This document shows positions 49,117-58,788 of a DNA stretch of 64,000 nucleotides, piece by piece. The stretch is taken from contig CBINIP010000014.1 in assembly GCA_966250805.1 (NCBI GenBank), forward strand, positions 12,600 through 76,599. The letters are read 5' to 3'. The notes beneath the pieces were generated by a model. That model saw only the letters and a program-made list of their open reading frames with translations. It was not told where the DNA came from and did not search any database. The translations under genes were made by a program, and so were the position numbers. This stretch comes from an uncultured Pontibacter sp. GTDB taxonomy: Bacteria; Bacteroidota; Bacteroidia; Cytophagales; Hymenobacteraceae. Position 1 is the stretch's first letter, and each line of letters starts with the position of its first letter.

Positions 49117-49151
49117 TTACGAGTTACGAATTAAGAATTACGAATTAAAGC
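49117..49151 (+). repeat. 7-bp-period tandem array (TTACGAG TTACGAA TTAAGAA TTACGAA TTAAAGC)
   Basis: Read directly from the sequence. It begins 9 nt upstream of the minus-strand ATG at 49108. 19 of 21 positions match 10394-10414. Confidence 0.7.
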
Positions 49152-49237
49152 AGATAAAGTGCTCTTGCAAAATAAAGTGTTGCTATCCTTCTTAAAAAAA
49201 CCCGGAACTCAAGACTGGAACTCAAAATTATAAAGTC

Positions 49238-50350
49238 TTACCCAATCAGCATAAAGCGTTTACCGGGCAAGGCTTTTACCATTCCTTTAAATTCAAGTCC
49301 TAATAATACCGATGCCAGCATACTTACCGGAACCTGAGCTTTCCAACTCAGATTATCCATGTGTTCTTCCTGGGTTTGCTGCAACACCTGTAGTACTTTA
49401 AGCTCTTCTTCGGTATAGTCAGCAGGGTTAAAAGCAGAAGTTCTTTTAGCAGCTGCTTCGTCTTCCAGGTCCCAGTTCAGCAGTTCTACCAGGTCCTGAG
49501 GCGAAGTATAAACAGCTGCCTTGTGGGATTTGATCAGGTGATTAGTACCTTCAGAAACCGAAGAATTAATATTACCGGGCACAGCCATTACTTCTTTATC
49601 ATAACTGTGGGCTATATCTGCGGTTATCAGGGTACCGCTTTTAAATGCTGCTTCTACAACAATAGTGCAGTCAGACATGCCGGCAATGATACGGTTACGG
49701 GCCGGAAAACGTGGCGCGTCGGGCTTGGTGCCAAAAGTGTTTTCTGAAAGCAGACCACCGTTATCCATCATCTTTTCAGCATACTTACGGTGCACGGCAG
49801 GGTAAATAATATCAGGCCCACTGGCCATTACGCCTATAGTTGGCAAACCAGCCTGCAGAGCCGCACGATGTGAGATAATATCTACGCCGTAGGCAAGGCC
49901 GCTTACTATCATCACATTATAAGGTTTAAGTCCTTCTACAATGCGTTCGGTTACACTTTGCCCGTAAGTAGTGGGTTTGCGCGTACCAACTATACTGATG
50001 ATGCGTTTATGGTTCAGATTGGCATTGCCTCTGAAGTATAGAAGCACAGGGGCATCGGCTATCTGTTTCAGCCGGTTAGGGTAACGGTCCGAAGTATAAA
50101 AGAGTATCTGAACTTCCTGTTCTTCAGCCTTTTTGATAACTTCTTCAGCCTCAACCAAAGCCTGGCGAAAATTGCTGGTGATGTTGCGCACCATTTTATC
50201 TCCAAAGCCAGGAATCTTCAGTAATTTACCCGGAGGCGAAGAAAATACAGCTTTAGGTGAGCCGCAATAGCTTACCAACAGGCGCGTCAGTTGTGCGCCA
50301 ATACCAGGCAAATGGGTGAGAGCAACTTCGTAGAGGCTGTTTTCAGACAT
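49238..50350 (-). CDS. dprA: DNA-processing protein DprA (Smf)
   Basis: 370 aa. It has a Rossmann-like core (IVSGLAYGVD...) and a C-terminal winged-helix-like region. Confidence 0.85.
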   Translation of the reverse strand: MSENSLYEVALTHLPGIGAQLTRLLVSYCGSPKAVFSSPPGKLLKIPGFGDKMVRNITSNFRQALVEAEEVIKKAEEQEVQILFYTSDRYPNRLKQIADAPVLLYFRGNANLNHKRIISIVGTRKPTTYGQSVTERIVEGLKPYNVMIVSGLAYGVDIISHRAALQAGLPTIGVMASGPDIIYPAVHRKYAEKMMDNGGLLSENTFGTKPDAPRFPARNRIIAGMSDCTIVVEAAFKSGTLITADIAHSYDKEVMAVPGNINSSVSEGTNHLIKSHKAAVYTSPQDLVELLNWDLEDEAAAKRTSAFNPADYTEEELKVLQVLQQTQEEHMDNLSWKAQVPVSMLASVLLGLEFKGMVKALPGKRFMLIG

Positions 50351-50367
50351 GCCTCACAATACGCAGG

Positions 50368-50715
50368 TTACGCTTTGGTGTTCAACTGTTGCTTTATACC
50401 TACCAGAAATTCGCGTACTTTTTCCAGCGACTGAATGATCTCGATCTTGTCTTTTGTCTGCACAGATCTGTTCTTCATCACCTCTTTGGCGCCCTGAATG
50501 GTATAACCACGTTCTTTTACGAGGTGGTAAACTGTACGCAGGTTCTCGATGTCTTTCTGCGTGTACTGGCGGTTACCTTTTTTGCTTTTTTTAGGGCGAA
50601 GCTGCTCAAATTCAGTCTCCCAGAAGCGGATAAGGGAAGGGGCAACATCAAAAATAGCGGCTACTTCGCCAATGGTATAGTACTGTTTCTCTATTTCTTT
50701 TTCTTTATAAGGCAT
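50368..50715 (-). CDS. MerR-family transcriptional regulator
   Basis: 115 aa with an N-terminal HTH: YYTIGEVAAIFDVAPSLIRFWETEF. Confidence 0.75.
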   Translation of the reverse strand: MPYKEKEIEKQYYTIGEVAAIFDVAPSLIRFWETEFEQLRPKKSKKGNRQYTQKDIENLRTVYHLVKERGYTIQGAKEVMKNRSVQTKDKIEIIQSLEKVREFLVGIKQQLNTKA

Positions 50716-50789
50716 ATTGCAAAGTCTAAAGTATGGGCAGAAACAGACTAATTTTCGGGCTAATGCTACTGATTACAGGTAAAATATGC

Positions 50790-50797
50790 TACTTTTG
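50790..50797 (+). promoter_or_regulatory. -7 promoter box (TACTTTTG) for alaS
   Basis: It matches TAnnTTTG and implies a leader of about 115-120 nt before the ATG at 50919. Confidence 0.35.
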
Positions 50798-50918
50798 CCT
50801 AGTAACAGCCACAAAGGCAGCCCCAGAAATAGGGTGTTTCCGTATGGCAAAAATTCGATATTTTTTGTTCTTAAACAACAAGTATAGCACTTAGTATCTA
50901 AAGGCTTAATACTCATAC

Positions 50919-53558
50919 ATGAACTCAGCTGAGATAAGAAAACAGTTCCTCGATTTTTTTGCTTCCAAGCAGCATCAGGTTGTGCCTTCTGCGCCACTGG
51001 TAGTAAAAGATGACCCTACGTTGATGTTTATCAACTCGGGCATGGCTCCATTTAAAGATTATTTTCTGGGCAACAAGCCTGCGCCATACAAGCGTATAGC
51101 CGATACCCAGAAATGCCTTCGCGTAAGCGGCAAGCACAACGACCTGGAAGAAGTAGGTTACGATACCTATCACCATACCATGTTCGAAATGCTCGGCAAC
51201 TGGTCGTTTGGCGATTACTTTAAGAAGGAGGCACTGGCCTGGTCATGGGAATTGCTGACAGAAGTATACAAACTGCCGAAAGACAGGCTGTACGTTTCTG
51301 TTTTCCAGGGTGATGAGTCAGAGAACCTGCCAATGGATGAGGATGCCTTTAACATCTGGAAGAGCATGATCGCTGAGGACCGTATCCTAATGGGTTCTAA
51401 AAAAGACAACTTCTGGGAAATGGGTGATACCGGACCATGCGGCCCTTGCTCTGAAATCCACGTTGACTTACGTTCTGATGAGGAGAGAGCTCAGGTTGAT
51501 GGCAAAACCCTTGTAAATGATGATCATCCACAGGTAGTGGAGATCTGGAACAACGTATTCATGGAGTTTAACCGCCTGGCTGATGGCTCGCTGGTAAAAC
51601 TGCCTGCGCAGCACGTAGATACAGGTATGGGCTTCGAGCGTTTGTGCATGGCTATACAGGGCAAGCGTTCTAACTATGATACTGACGTTTTCCAGCCGCT
51701 AATCCAGTACATTGCTAAAGAAGCAGGTGTAACGTATGGCGAGAACGAGAAAACTGATATCGCTATTCGTGTAATGGCTGACCACATTCGTGCCATTGCT
51801 TTTGCCATTGCCGACGGACAGTTGCCATCGAACAACAAGGCAGGTTACGTTATCCGTCGTATACTTCGCCGTGCGGTGCGTTATGCCTTCACTTTTTTGG
51901 ATTTCAAGAAACCTTTCCTGTATAAACTGGCAGCCGTACTGGCCGATCAGATGGAAATTGTTTTCCCTGAATTGAAGCAACAGCTGAGCTTTGTGCAGCG
52001 TGTGATTGAGGAAGAAGAAAATGCTTTCTTAAGAACGCTTGAAAATGGTCTGAAGAGACTGGATGCGCTGGAGGATAAATTCAAAGAGAACAACAACACC
52101 ATCGACGGCAAAACAGCCTTCGAACTATACGATACTTTCGGTTTCCCGCTGGACCTGACAGCTCTTATTGCCCGCGACAAAGGCCTTAAAGTTGATGAAG
52201 CAGGTTTTGGCGTGGAGATGGAGCAGCAGAAAAACCGTTCACGTAACGCTTCTGCCTCCGAGCAAACCGACTGGGTTATACTTCAGCCGGACGTGGTAAA
52301 CGAGTTTATCGGCTACGATGTGGATACTACTGAGTCACACATAGTACGCTACCGCCAGGTGAAGACTAAGAACAAGAGCGAGTATCACATTGTACTTGAT
52401 AAAACCCCTTTCTATGCTGAAAGTGGTGGCCAGGTAGGTGATACAGGTTACCTGATCTCTGATAATGAGCAGATCGAGGTACTGGATACAAAAAAAGAGA
52501 ACGACCTTATACTTCATATTACAGCGAAATTACCTCAGAACCCTGAAGCTGCTTTCAAAAGCCAGATTGATGTAGAGCGTCGTAACCTGATCCGTAAAAA
52601 CCACTCGGCTACGCACTTACTGCATGCGGCTTTACGTAAAGTTCTAGGTGAGCACGTGCAGCAGAAAGGCTCTCTGGTAAGCGAAAAAGTGCTTCGCTTC
52701 GACTTCTCACACTTTGCCAAGGTTGAGGATGCGCAGCTACGCGAAATTGAGCATATTGTGAATGAGCGCGTGCGCCAGGCAATTCCGCTGGAAGAACAAC
52801 GTAACGTGCCAATTTCTGAAGCAAAAGAAATGGGAGCCATGGCCTTGTTCGGTGAGAAGTATGGCGACTTTGTACGCGTGATAGCTTTTGACCGTGAGCA
52901 CTCGGTAGAGCTTTGTGGTGGTACGCACGTTTACAATACCGGCCAGATTGGCTACTTTAAAATAGTTTCTGAAAGCTCTGTAGCAGCCGGTGTTCGCCGT
53001 ATTGAGGCGCTTACAGCCGCAGCGGCAGAAGACTATATGCAACAGCAACTGAACGAACTGAACGCAGTACGCGAAGTGCTGGGTACGCAAAGCAACATTT
53101 CAGGTGCTGTAGAAAAACTGCAGGAAGAGAACAAAGCGCTGCAAAAACAACTGGAGCAATTTGAGCTGAAGCAGCTGACCAACCTGAAGGAAAGCCTTGT
53201 ACAGAAAGCTCAGGCCTTTGATGGCGTGAATTTTGTAGCTGAGCAGGTGAACGTTAGCAACTCAGATTACCTTAAAAAACTGGCTTTCGATATGCGACAG
53301 GCTGTAGATAACCTGGTGCTTATACTTGCGGCCGAGATAGAGGGTAAACCACAGATAGCTGTTATGCTTTCCGATAACCTTGTTTCTGATAAAAAGCTGA
53401 ACGCAAGCCAGATGGTGCGCGAACTGGCAAAAGAGATCAAAGGTGGCGGCGGTGGCCAGCCGTTCTACGCTACAGCAGGTGGTAAAGACGCATCTGGTTT
53501 ACAGGCCGTACCAGCCAAAGCAGCAGAATTAGTAAAATCACTGATTAATAACGGATAA
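50919..53558 (+). CDS. alaS: Alanine--tRNA ligase
   Basis: 879 aa. It starts MNSAEIRKQFLDFFASKQH, carries the editing-domain HSATHLLH and a C-terminal DHHA1-like region. Confidence 0.97.
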   Translation: MNSAEIRKQFLDFFASKQHQVVPSAPLVVKDDPTLMFINSGMAPFKDYFLGNKPAPYKRIADTQKCLRVSGKHNDLEEVGYDTYHHTMFEMLGNWSFGDYFKKEALAWSWELLTEVYKLPKDRLYVSVFQGDESENLPMDEDAFNIWKSMIAEDRILMGSKKDNFWEMGDTGPCGPCSEIHVDLRSDEERAQVDGKTLVNDDHPQVVEIWNNVFMEFNRLADGSLVKLPAQHVDTGMGFERLCMAIQGKRSNYDTDVFQPLIQYIAKEAGVTYGENEKTDIAIRVMADHIRAIAFAIADGQLPSNNKAGYVIRRILRRAVRYAFTFLDFKKPFLYKLAAVLADQMEIVFPELKQQLSFVQRVIEEEENAFLRTLENGLKRLDALEDKFKENNNTIDGKTAFELYDTFGFPLDLTALIARDKGLKVDEAGFGVEMEQQKNRSRNASASEQTDWVILQPDVVNEFIGYDVDTTESHIVRYRQVKTKNKSEYHIVLDKTPFYAESGGQVGDTGYLISDNEQIEVLDTKKENDLILHITAKLPQNPEAAFKSQIDVERRNLIRKNHSATHLLHAALRKVLGEHVQQKGSLVSEKVLRFDFSHFAKVEDAQLREIEHIVNERVRQAIPLEEQRNVPISEAKEMGAMALFGEKYGDFVRVIAFDREHSVELCGGTHVYNTGQIGYFKIVSESSVAAGVRRIEALTAAAAEDYMQQQLNELNAVREVLGTQSNISGAVEKLQEENKALQKQLEQFELKQLTNLKESLVQKAQAFDGVNFVAEQVNVSNSDYLKKLAFDMRQAVDNLVLILAAEIEGKPQIAVMLSDNLVSDKKLNASQMVRELAKEIKGGGGGQPFYATAGGKDASGLQAVPAKAAELVKSLINNG

Positions 53559-53571
53559 TGATTTATTCATG

Positions 53572-53612
53572 ATGAAGACTGGTTCATACGCAAAGTATGA
53601 ATCAGTCTTCAT
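53572..53612 (+). terminator. Strong intercistronic hairpin between alaS and gatB, with no clear U-tract
   Basis: 17-bp stem ATGAAGACTGGTTCATA / TATGAATCAGTCTTCAT (53572-53588 / 53596-53612) with one G-U pair and a 7-nt loop. Confidence 0.4.
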
Positions 53613-53626
53613 TGATCATTAAAACA

Positions 53627-55084
53627 ATGGATAAAGAGATAAGAGACAAATATCAGGCAATTATAGGTCTGGAAGTGCACGCTCAGCTGCTCACAGAAAG
53701 CAAAGCTTATTCTTCTGACTCAACTGAGTATGGCGCAATGCCTAACACCAACCTGAGCGTGATCACTTTAGGTCATCCAGGCACGCTGCCGCGCGTAAAC
53801 AAAAAAGTGGTGGAGATGGCCGTGAAAATGGGTCTGGCTACAAACAGTGAGATCACACGCTACAACCTGTACGCACGCAAAAACTACTTCTACCCCGATC
53901 TTCCGAAAGGTTACCAGATAACGCAGGATAAAACGCCTATCTGTACGCACGGCCACCTGGTGATAAAAGATGCTGAAGGCAATGATAAGCGCGTTGGCAT
54001 CACGCGTATTCACATGGAGGAAGATGCCGGTAAATCGATGCACCTGGCTGGCGAGACAGAAACGCTGGTGGATTTTAACCGTGCCGGTGTTCCGCTTATC
54101 GAGATAGTTTCGGAGCCGGATATCCGTGATTCAGTAGAAGCCTATAATTACCTGACTGAGATCAAGCGCTTGGTAAAATACCTGGATATCTGCGATGGCA
54201 ATATGGAAGAAGGCTCGCTGCGTTGCGATGCCAACATTTCTGTGATGCTGAAGGATTCGCCGCTTTGGGGTACTAAAGTGGAAGTGAAAAACATGAACTC
54301 TTTCCGCAACGTGCAGCGCGCCATTGAGCACGAGATCGAGCGCCAGATCGAGATCCTGGAAAACGGAGGCAAGGTAGATTCCGAAACCCGTAACTTTGAT
54401 GCCAACACAGGTAGCACCACTGCCATGCGCTCAAAAGAAACGCTCAACGACTACCGATACTTCCCTGAACCGGACCTTCCGCCACTGGTAATTGAGCAGG
54501 AATGGCTTGAAAGTATACATGCCAACATGCCAAGCCTGCCACAGGAACTTTACAAGCGCTTTACGCAGGAGTATGGCCTGCCAGAATACGATGCCGCTGT
54601 ACTTACCGATGCGAAAGAGATTGCTTTATACTTTGCTGAGCTTTGCACGCATACTACTAACTATAAAGCGGCCTCTAACTGGGTAATGGGCCCTGTAAAA
54701 TCATACCTGAACGAACTGCAACTGCACATAAAAGACTTCCCGCTTCAGCCGGAAAGTATAGCAGGCATTATAGCGCTGGTTGATGACAACAAAGTAAGCC
54801 ATTCAGTAGCTTCTAAAAAGATCTTCCCTTACCTGATAGAGAACCCGGGCAAAACGGCACAGGAGGTGGCAGAAGAGCAGAACCTGTTGCAGGAGTCAAA
54901 CTCTGATGAGCTGTCGCAAATTGTAGCAGCTGTACTTGCCGAAAACCCTGCTAAAGTAGCAGAGTATAAGGCTGGTAAGCAGTCGCTGGTAGGCATGTTC
55001 ATGGGCGAGATCATGAAGAAAACTAAAGGTAAAGCCGACCCTAAAGTAGCAAACCAATTGCTGCGCGAAGGCTTGAACGCTTAA
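53627..55084 (+). CDS. gatB: Asp-tRNA(Asn)/Glu-tRNA(Gln) amidotransferase subunit B
   Basis: The start is set at MDKEIRDKYQAIIGLEVHAQL, the canonical GatB N-terminus. The ORF-track start at 53597 lies inside the hairpin. Confidence 0.93.
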   Translation: MDKEIRDKYQAIIGLEVHAQLLTESKAYSSDSTEYGAMPNTNLSVITLGHPGTLPRVNKKVVEMAVKMGLATNSEITRYNLYARKNYFYPDLPKGYQITQDKTPICTHGHLVIKDAEGNDKRVGITRIHMEEDAGKSMHLAGETETLVDFNRAGVPLIEIVSEPDIRDSVEAYNYLTEIKRLVKYLDICDGNMEEGSLRCDANISVMLKDSPLWGTKVEVKNMNSFRNVQRAIEHEIERQIEILENGGKVDSETRNFDANTGSTTAMRSKETLNDYRYFPEPDLPPLVIEQEWLESIHANMPSLPQELYKRFTQEYGLPEYDAAVLTDAKEIALYFAELCTHTTNYKAASNWVMGPVKSYLNELQLHIKDFPLQPESIAGIIALVDDNKVSHSVASKKIFPYLIENPGKTAQEVAEEQNLLQESNSDELSQIVAAVLAENPAKVAEYKAGKQSLVGMFMGEIMKKTKGKADPKVANQLLREGLNA

Positions 55085-55094
55085 TCTCTATATC

Positions 55095-56207
55095 ATGAAG
55101 TATACAAAGTATATAATAATGGCTTCGGCGGTAGTTATGCTGGCTGGTTGCAAAGGCAACAAATCGGCATCTAACGGCGAAGACTCATTTGTTGTAAAAG
55201 GCAAGCTGCAGAATGCTACTCCCGGCAATATTTACCTGTATGAACTAGGCGATCAGCAGTTTGTTGCCCGCGATACAGCAGAAATAGCAAAGGATGGTAC
55301 CTTCAAGTTTGAAGGAACTGTAAAAGAGCCTACTTTCTACCGCATCAGCTTAGATCAGCAGAACGGCATGATGCTGGTGCTGGACAACAATGAGATAAAA
55401 GTGGAGGCCGACGCCAAAGACCTGAACAATACGGTTAAAGTAGAAGGCTCTGAAGATTCTCAGCTGTTCCAGCAACTGAACAAACTGGTTACAGAATCGC
55501 GCCAGAAGGAAGTAGAGTTGGGCGAGAAGTTTAATAAGGCGATGGCCGAGGGTAAAACCCAAGAGGCCGAAGACTTGAGAAGTGAGTACCTGGGCATGCA
55601 GAAAAAGATAAAGGACTTTATCGCTGCACATCCGAATTCAGTAGTTTCAGCTTTTGGTACTTTGAGCCTTATTGACCCTAACAGCGATTTTGCTTTTGCA
55701 GATAGCATGGCCAACCTGTTTAGCGAGAAAATTCCTAACTCAAAGTATACAGCCATCCTGAACGAGCGCCTGAAAGGCTTAAGAACAACAGCAATTGGCT
55801 CTGTAGCACCGGATATCAGCTTACCTGCGCCAGATGGCAGCACGGTGGCTTTATCATCGTTGCGCGGGAAGTATGTACTCATAGATTTCTGGGCAAGCTG
55901 GTGCGGACCATGCCGCAAAGAAAACCCTAACGTAGTACGTATGTACAACGAGTACAAAGGCAAAGGCTTCGAGATCTTCGGGGTATCGTTAGACCAGTCG
56001 AGAGAAAAATGGCTGAAGGCAATTGCGGATGATAAACTGACATGGCCTCATGTATCTGACCTGAAAGGGTGGGAAAGTGCTGCCGCTCAGCTTTATGGCA
56101 TCGAAGCAATTCCGCAGACTATACTTCTGGATAAAGAAGGCCGCATCATAGCTAAAAACCTTCGTGGCGCAGAGCTTGAGGCTAAATTAGCCAGCATACT
56201 TAAGTAA
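55095..56207 (+). CDS. TlpA-family thiol:disulfide oxidoreductase lipoprotein
   Basis: 370 aa. It has the lipobox LAGC, an N-terminal beta-rich domain, and a C-terminal thioredoxin fold with FWASWCGPC. Confidence 0.8.
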   Translation: MKYTKYIIMASAVVMLAGCKGNKSASNGEDSFVVKGKLQNATPGNIYLYELGDQQFVARDTAEIAKDGTFKFEGTVKEPTFYRISLDQQNGMMLVLDNNEIKVEADAKDLNNTVKVEGSEDSQLFQQLNKLVTESRQKEVELGEKFNKAMAEGKTQEAEDLRSEYLGMQKKIKDFIAAHPNSVVSAFGTLSLIDPNSDFAFADSMANLFSEKIPNSKYTAILNERLKGLRTTAIGSVAPDISLPAPDGSTVALSSLRGKYVLIDFWASWCGPCRKENPNVVRMYNEYKGKGFEIFGVSLDQSREKWLKAIADDKLTWPHVSDLKGWESAAAQLYGIEAIPQTILLDKEGRIIAKNLRGAELEAKLASILK

Positions 56208-56227
56208 GGCAAAAGTATAAATCCATC

Positions 56228-56270
56228 AAACAAAAGCCCGTTCCTCTGCAGGAACGGGCTTTTGTTTTAG
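56228..56270. terminator. Bidirectional terminator between convergent genes
   Basis: 14-bp stem CAAAAGCCCGTTCC / GGAACGGGCTTTTG (56231-56244 / 56251-56264). Confidence 0.8.
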
Positions 56271-56282
56271 CTTGCATCAGGC

Positions 56283-56930
56283 TTAAAGAAACACCTGTTT
56301 CAGTGCTCCCCACAAGTGCTTTTTATGTTCCTGGTCCTTATCCAGCACCTCCAGCGATTGCGAGAATACAACCGGCACCTCGCCAACAACTACAGGTTTA
56401 TATAAGGTGAACTTATCGTGCGGCAGGGCAGTATCCAGGCGGCTGGCAAAGCTGATGATATAGTTAACCTCATAAGCAGCCACAAGCTCTTCAAACACAA
56501 CAACTTTTCCTGAAATGTTATTCACGAAAAGCACGTCTTCAATGCGGAAGCCTATGGCATGCAATATCTTCTGCAAAAAATCAGATTGCGGCAAAGCTCT
56601 GAAAGTAGCATCTGGCAAAGTAACCAGCACAACCAGGCCTTTGGCATTGCTGCCTATACTGTCGTAAATTGATGGCTTGGCAACTGGTGCTTCTAATTTT
56701 GGCAGTTTAGGTATAGCCGGCGTGGCAGCAGGTTTTACAACTGGTGCAGGTGCAGGTGCAGGTTCTTGTTCGCGAACTACAGGCTGATTTTCTACTACCG
56801 GGGCACCAACAGGAGCGGGATCTTCGGGAGAAGTAAACAAAGCTTCCTCGACGGGTACCAGGTAAATGGTCTCGGGTAAGAAATTTTTAAAAAACTCGCT
56901 GTTCAGTTTATCTGCCTCCAAAGCTGCCAT
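56283..56930 (-). CDS. Hypothetical protein with a Pro/Ala-rich linker
   Basis: 215 aa. The central stretch reads EPAPAPAPVVKPAATPAIPKLPKLEAPVAKP. It starts 4 nt after the thioesterase stop. Confidence 0.5.
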   Translation of the reverse strand: MAALEADKLNSEFFKNFLPETIYLVPVEEALFTSPEDPAPVGAPVVENQPVVREQEPAPAPAPVVKPAATPAIPKLPKLEAPVAKPSIYDSIGSNAKGLVVLVTLPDATFRALPQSDFLQKILHAIGFRIEDVLFVNNISGKVVVFEELVAAYEVNYIISFASRLDTALPHDKFTLYKPVVVGEVPVVFSQSLEVLDKDQEHKKHLWGALKQVFL

Positions 56931-56934
56931 ACTT

Positions 56935-57465
56935 TTATTGTGCTTCTTCTTTAATATCGAAGATAGACTTCAGTTCATTTGCTTCGCTTGGCTTCATACG
57001 TCCGGCAAGTACCAGGCGCAACTGACGGCGGCGCAAAGCTCCTTCGTAATGGCTGATCTCTTCTTCGGTTTCAGGTATCGCCTCCGGCACATCAATCGGG
57101 TTGCCCAATTGGTCAACGGCCACAAACGTAAAGTATGCCTGGTTAGATTTTACTTTTTTACCACTTGGTATATCTTCGGCCCAAACATTAATATGCACCT
57201 CCATAGATGAGCTGAAAGCACGCGTTACTTTGGCCTCTAAGGTAACAACGTTACCCAGTTTTATACTTTCCTTAAAAGAAACGTTATCTACAGAGGCTGT
57301 AACCACAATACGGTTTGAGTGCTTCTGGGCAGCAATAGCCGATACAATGTCCATCCAGTGCATCATTTTACCACCCATCAGGTTGTGCAGCGTGTTGGTA
57401 TCGTTAGGCAATACCAATTCCGTCATGATAACGTAAGAGTCTTTAACTTTTTTCTGTTTACGCAT
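56935..57465 (-). CDS. Acyl-CoA thioesterase (hotdog fold, YciA-like)
   Basis: 176 aa reading LPNDTNTLHNLMGGKMMHWMD...VTASVD. Confidence 0.8.
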   Translation of the reverse strand: MRKQKKVKDSYVIMTELVLPNDTNTLHNLMGGKMMHWMDIVSAIAAQKHSNRIVVTASVDNVSFKESIKLGNVVTLEAKVTRAFSSSMEVHINVWAEDIPSGKKVKSNQAYFTFVAVDQLGNPIDVPEAIPETEEEISHYEGALRRRQLRLVLAGRMKPSEANELKSIFDIKEEAQ

Positions 57466-57488
57466 TTTTAGTTTTTATAAACCTAAGG

Positions 57489-57496
57489 CAAAGATA
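57489..57496 (-). promoter_or_regulatory. -7 promoter box (TATCTTTG) for the thioesterase operon
   Basis: It matches TAnnTTTG on the minus strand, about 23 nt upstream of the ATG at 57465. Confidence 0.45.
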
Positions 57497-57581
57497 CGTC
57501 GCTGTTGCCGAATCCTAAAATGTAGAACAAGTATAGCCTGAGATTTAAACTGGCAGCTCCGGCTTATACTTCCTACCACTC

Positions 57582-57611
57582 ATAAAAAAACCACAGGCAT
57601 TAAGCTGTGGT
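57582..57611 (-). terminator. Rho-independent terminator downstream of the small lipoprotein gene
   Basis: The minus strand reads AACCACAG-cttaatgc-CTGTGGTT followed by TTTTTTT. Confidence 0.75.
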
Positions 57612-57635
57612 TCTCTGTTTTATACTTTCATTCTG

Positions 57636-57845
57636 CTACTGATTTCCTTGGCCGTTGCCCTCATTGGTGGCATTTTCGCCTGAGTCTTCATCTTCTTCAT
57701 CCGACCCCTCCATATGGTCTTGTTTACCTGATTCCTGCTCAGGGGTATTTTCAGACTTAACATCTCTGTCGTGTTCTCTGTTCTCGCAACCAGCCATTGT
57801 CATCAAAAACAAGCCCAGCGCCAGTATTCCTATTCCTTTCTTCAT
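57636..57845 (-). CDS. Small acidic lipoprotein (hypothetical)
   Basis: 69 aa with lipobox MAGC and a D/E/G/N-rich mature part. Confidence 0.5.
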   Translation of the reverse strand: MKKGIGILALGLFLMTMAGCENREHDRDVKSENTPEQESGKQDHMEGSDEEDEDSGENATNEGNGQGNQ

Positions 57846-57946
57846 AATTATAATTCATCCGTTAGTGTCTGTTTTTATACTTCATATTTGATCGAAAGTA
57901 TACACTACAGCAGAATTTATAGTTGGAAGAAGGCTATTTACGATCA

Positions 57947-58603
57947 CTATTCTGCTTCCCAGCCAGATTTGCCCAGCAGCGGCACAAACTTAAAGTCAGA
58001 GAATTCTTCTTTTGTAAACTCATTCTCGTTTACGCGGGTGATGCGGACCATTTTCTGGCTTTGCTCGTTACCCACCGGAATAACTAAAATACCACCAACA
58101 GCTAACTGGCGCACCAGACTTTTAGGAACAGCAGGAGCACCGGCAGTAACTATGATTTTGTTGAAAGGGGCATGCTGCGGCAAACCTTCAGAGCCATCGC
58201 CACAAAAGGTTTTAGGCTTTAAGCCATATGTTTTAAAGAACTTTACAGCTTTTTCGTAGAGCGGGCGGTTGTATTCAATAGTATAAACATTTGGCGTTAT
58301 CTGCAGCAGCACGCAGCATTGGTAGCCCGAGCCGGTGCCAATCTCCAACACTTTATCAGTGCTTTTCAGCTCCAGCAATTCGGTCTGGAAGGCAACAGTA
58401 TAGGGCTGAGAGATGGTTTGCCCTTCGCCAATAGGAAAGGCTTTGTCCTGGTAAGCCTGCTCCAGAAAAGCTTTCTCGAAAAAGAAATGTCTTGGTACAG
58501 TTTCAATTGCAGCCAGCACACGTTCATCATAAATTCCTTTCTCACGAAGCTGCTTTACTAACGTGCGGCGCATGCCTTTATGCCTGTACGAATCTGTCTG
58601 CAT
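57947..58603 (-). CDS. pcm: Protein-L-isoaspartate O-methyltransferase
   Basis: 218 aa. It shows GEGQTISQPYTVA, the SAM motif VLEIGTGSGY, and IIVTAGAP. Confidence 0.92.
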   Translation of the reverse strand: MQTDSYRHKGMRRTLVKQLREKGIYDERVLAAIETVPRHFFFEKAFLEQAYQDKAFPIGEGQTISQPYTVAFQTELLELKSTDKVLEIGTGSGYQCCVLLQITPNVYTIEYNRPLYEKAVKFFKTYGLKPKTFCGDGSEGLPQHAPFNKIIVTAGAPAVPKSLVRQLAVGGILVIPVGNEQSQKMVRITRVNENEFTKEEFSDFKFVPLLGKSGWEAE

Positions 58604-58724
58604 CTCTTTTGTAATGTTTAATCCTGTAATAGCGGTACCTGTTTAAATTTACTTATAACGCAGCTACCAGTTTTAGATATTTGCGAAAATAACGAACCTA
58701 AGCCAATTTTTCAGTATAGTATCT

Positions 58725-58732
58725 TACATTTG
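58725..58732 (+). promoter_or_regulatory. -7 promoter box (TACATTTG) for ribE
   Basis: It matches TAnnTTTG, 56 nt upstream of the ATG at 58789. Confidence 0.4.
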
Positions 58733-58788
58733 CATAGATCCTGAACCAACTTTCAGGTATTATTTTACAGAAAATAACGCATAGCAGC

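Noticed and set aside
50773-50997. A 74-aa minus-strand ORF spanning the alaS start region.
   Set aside because: It overlaps the alaS promoter and start, and its translation has no features. The intergenic assignment is preferred.
58604-58788. A possible FMN (RFN) riboswitch upstream of ribE.
   Set aside because: The leader of about 56 nt after the -7 box is too short and lacks the conserved RFN helices (AGGATAGTGAAAGTCC / GGTCCGATG-type strings are absent).
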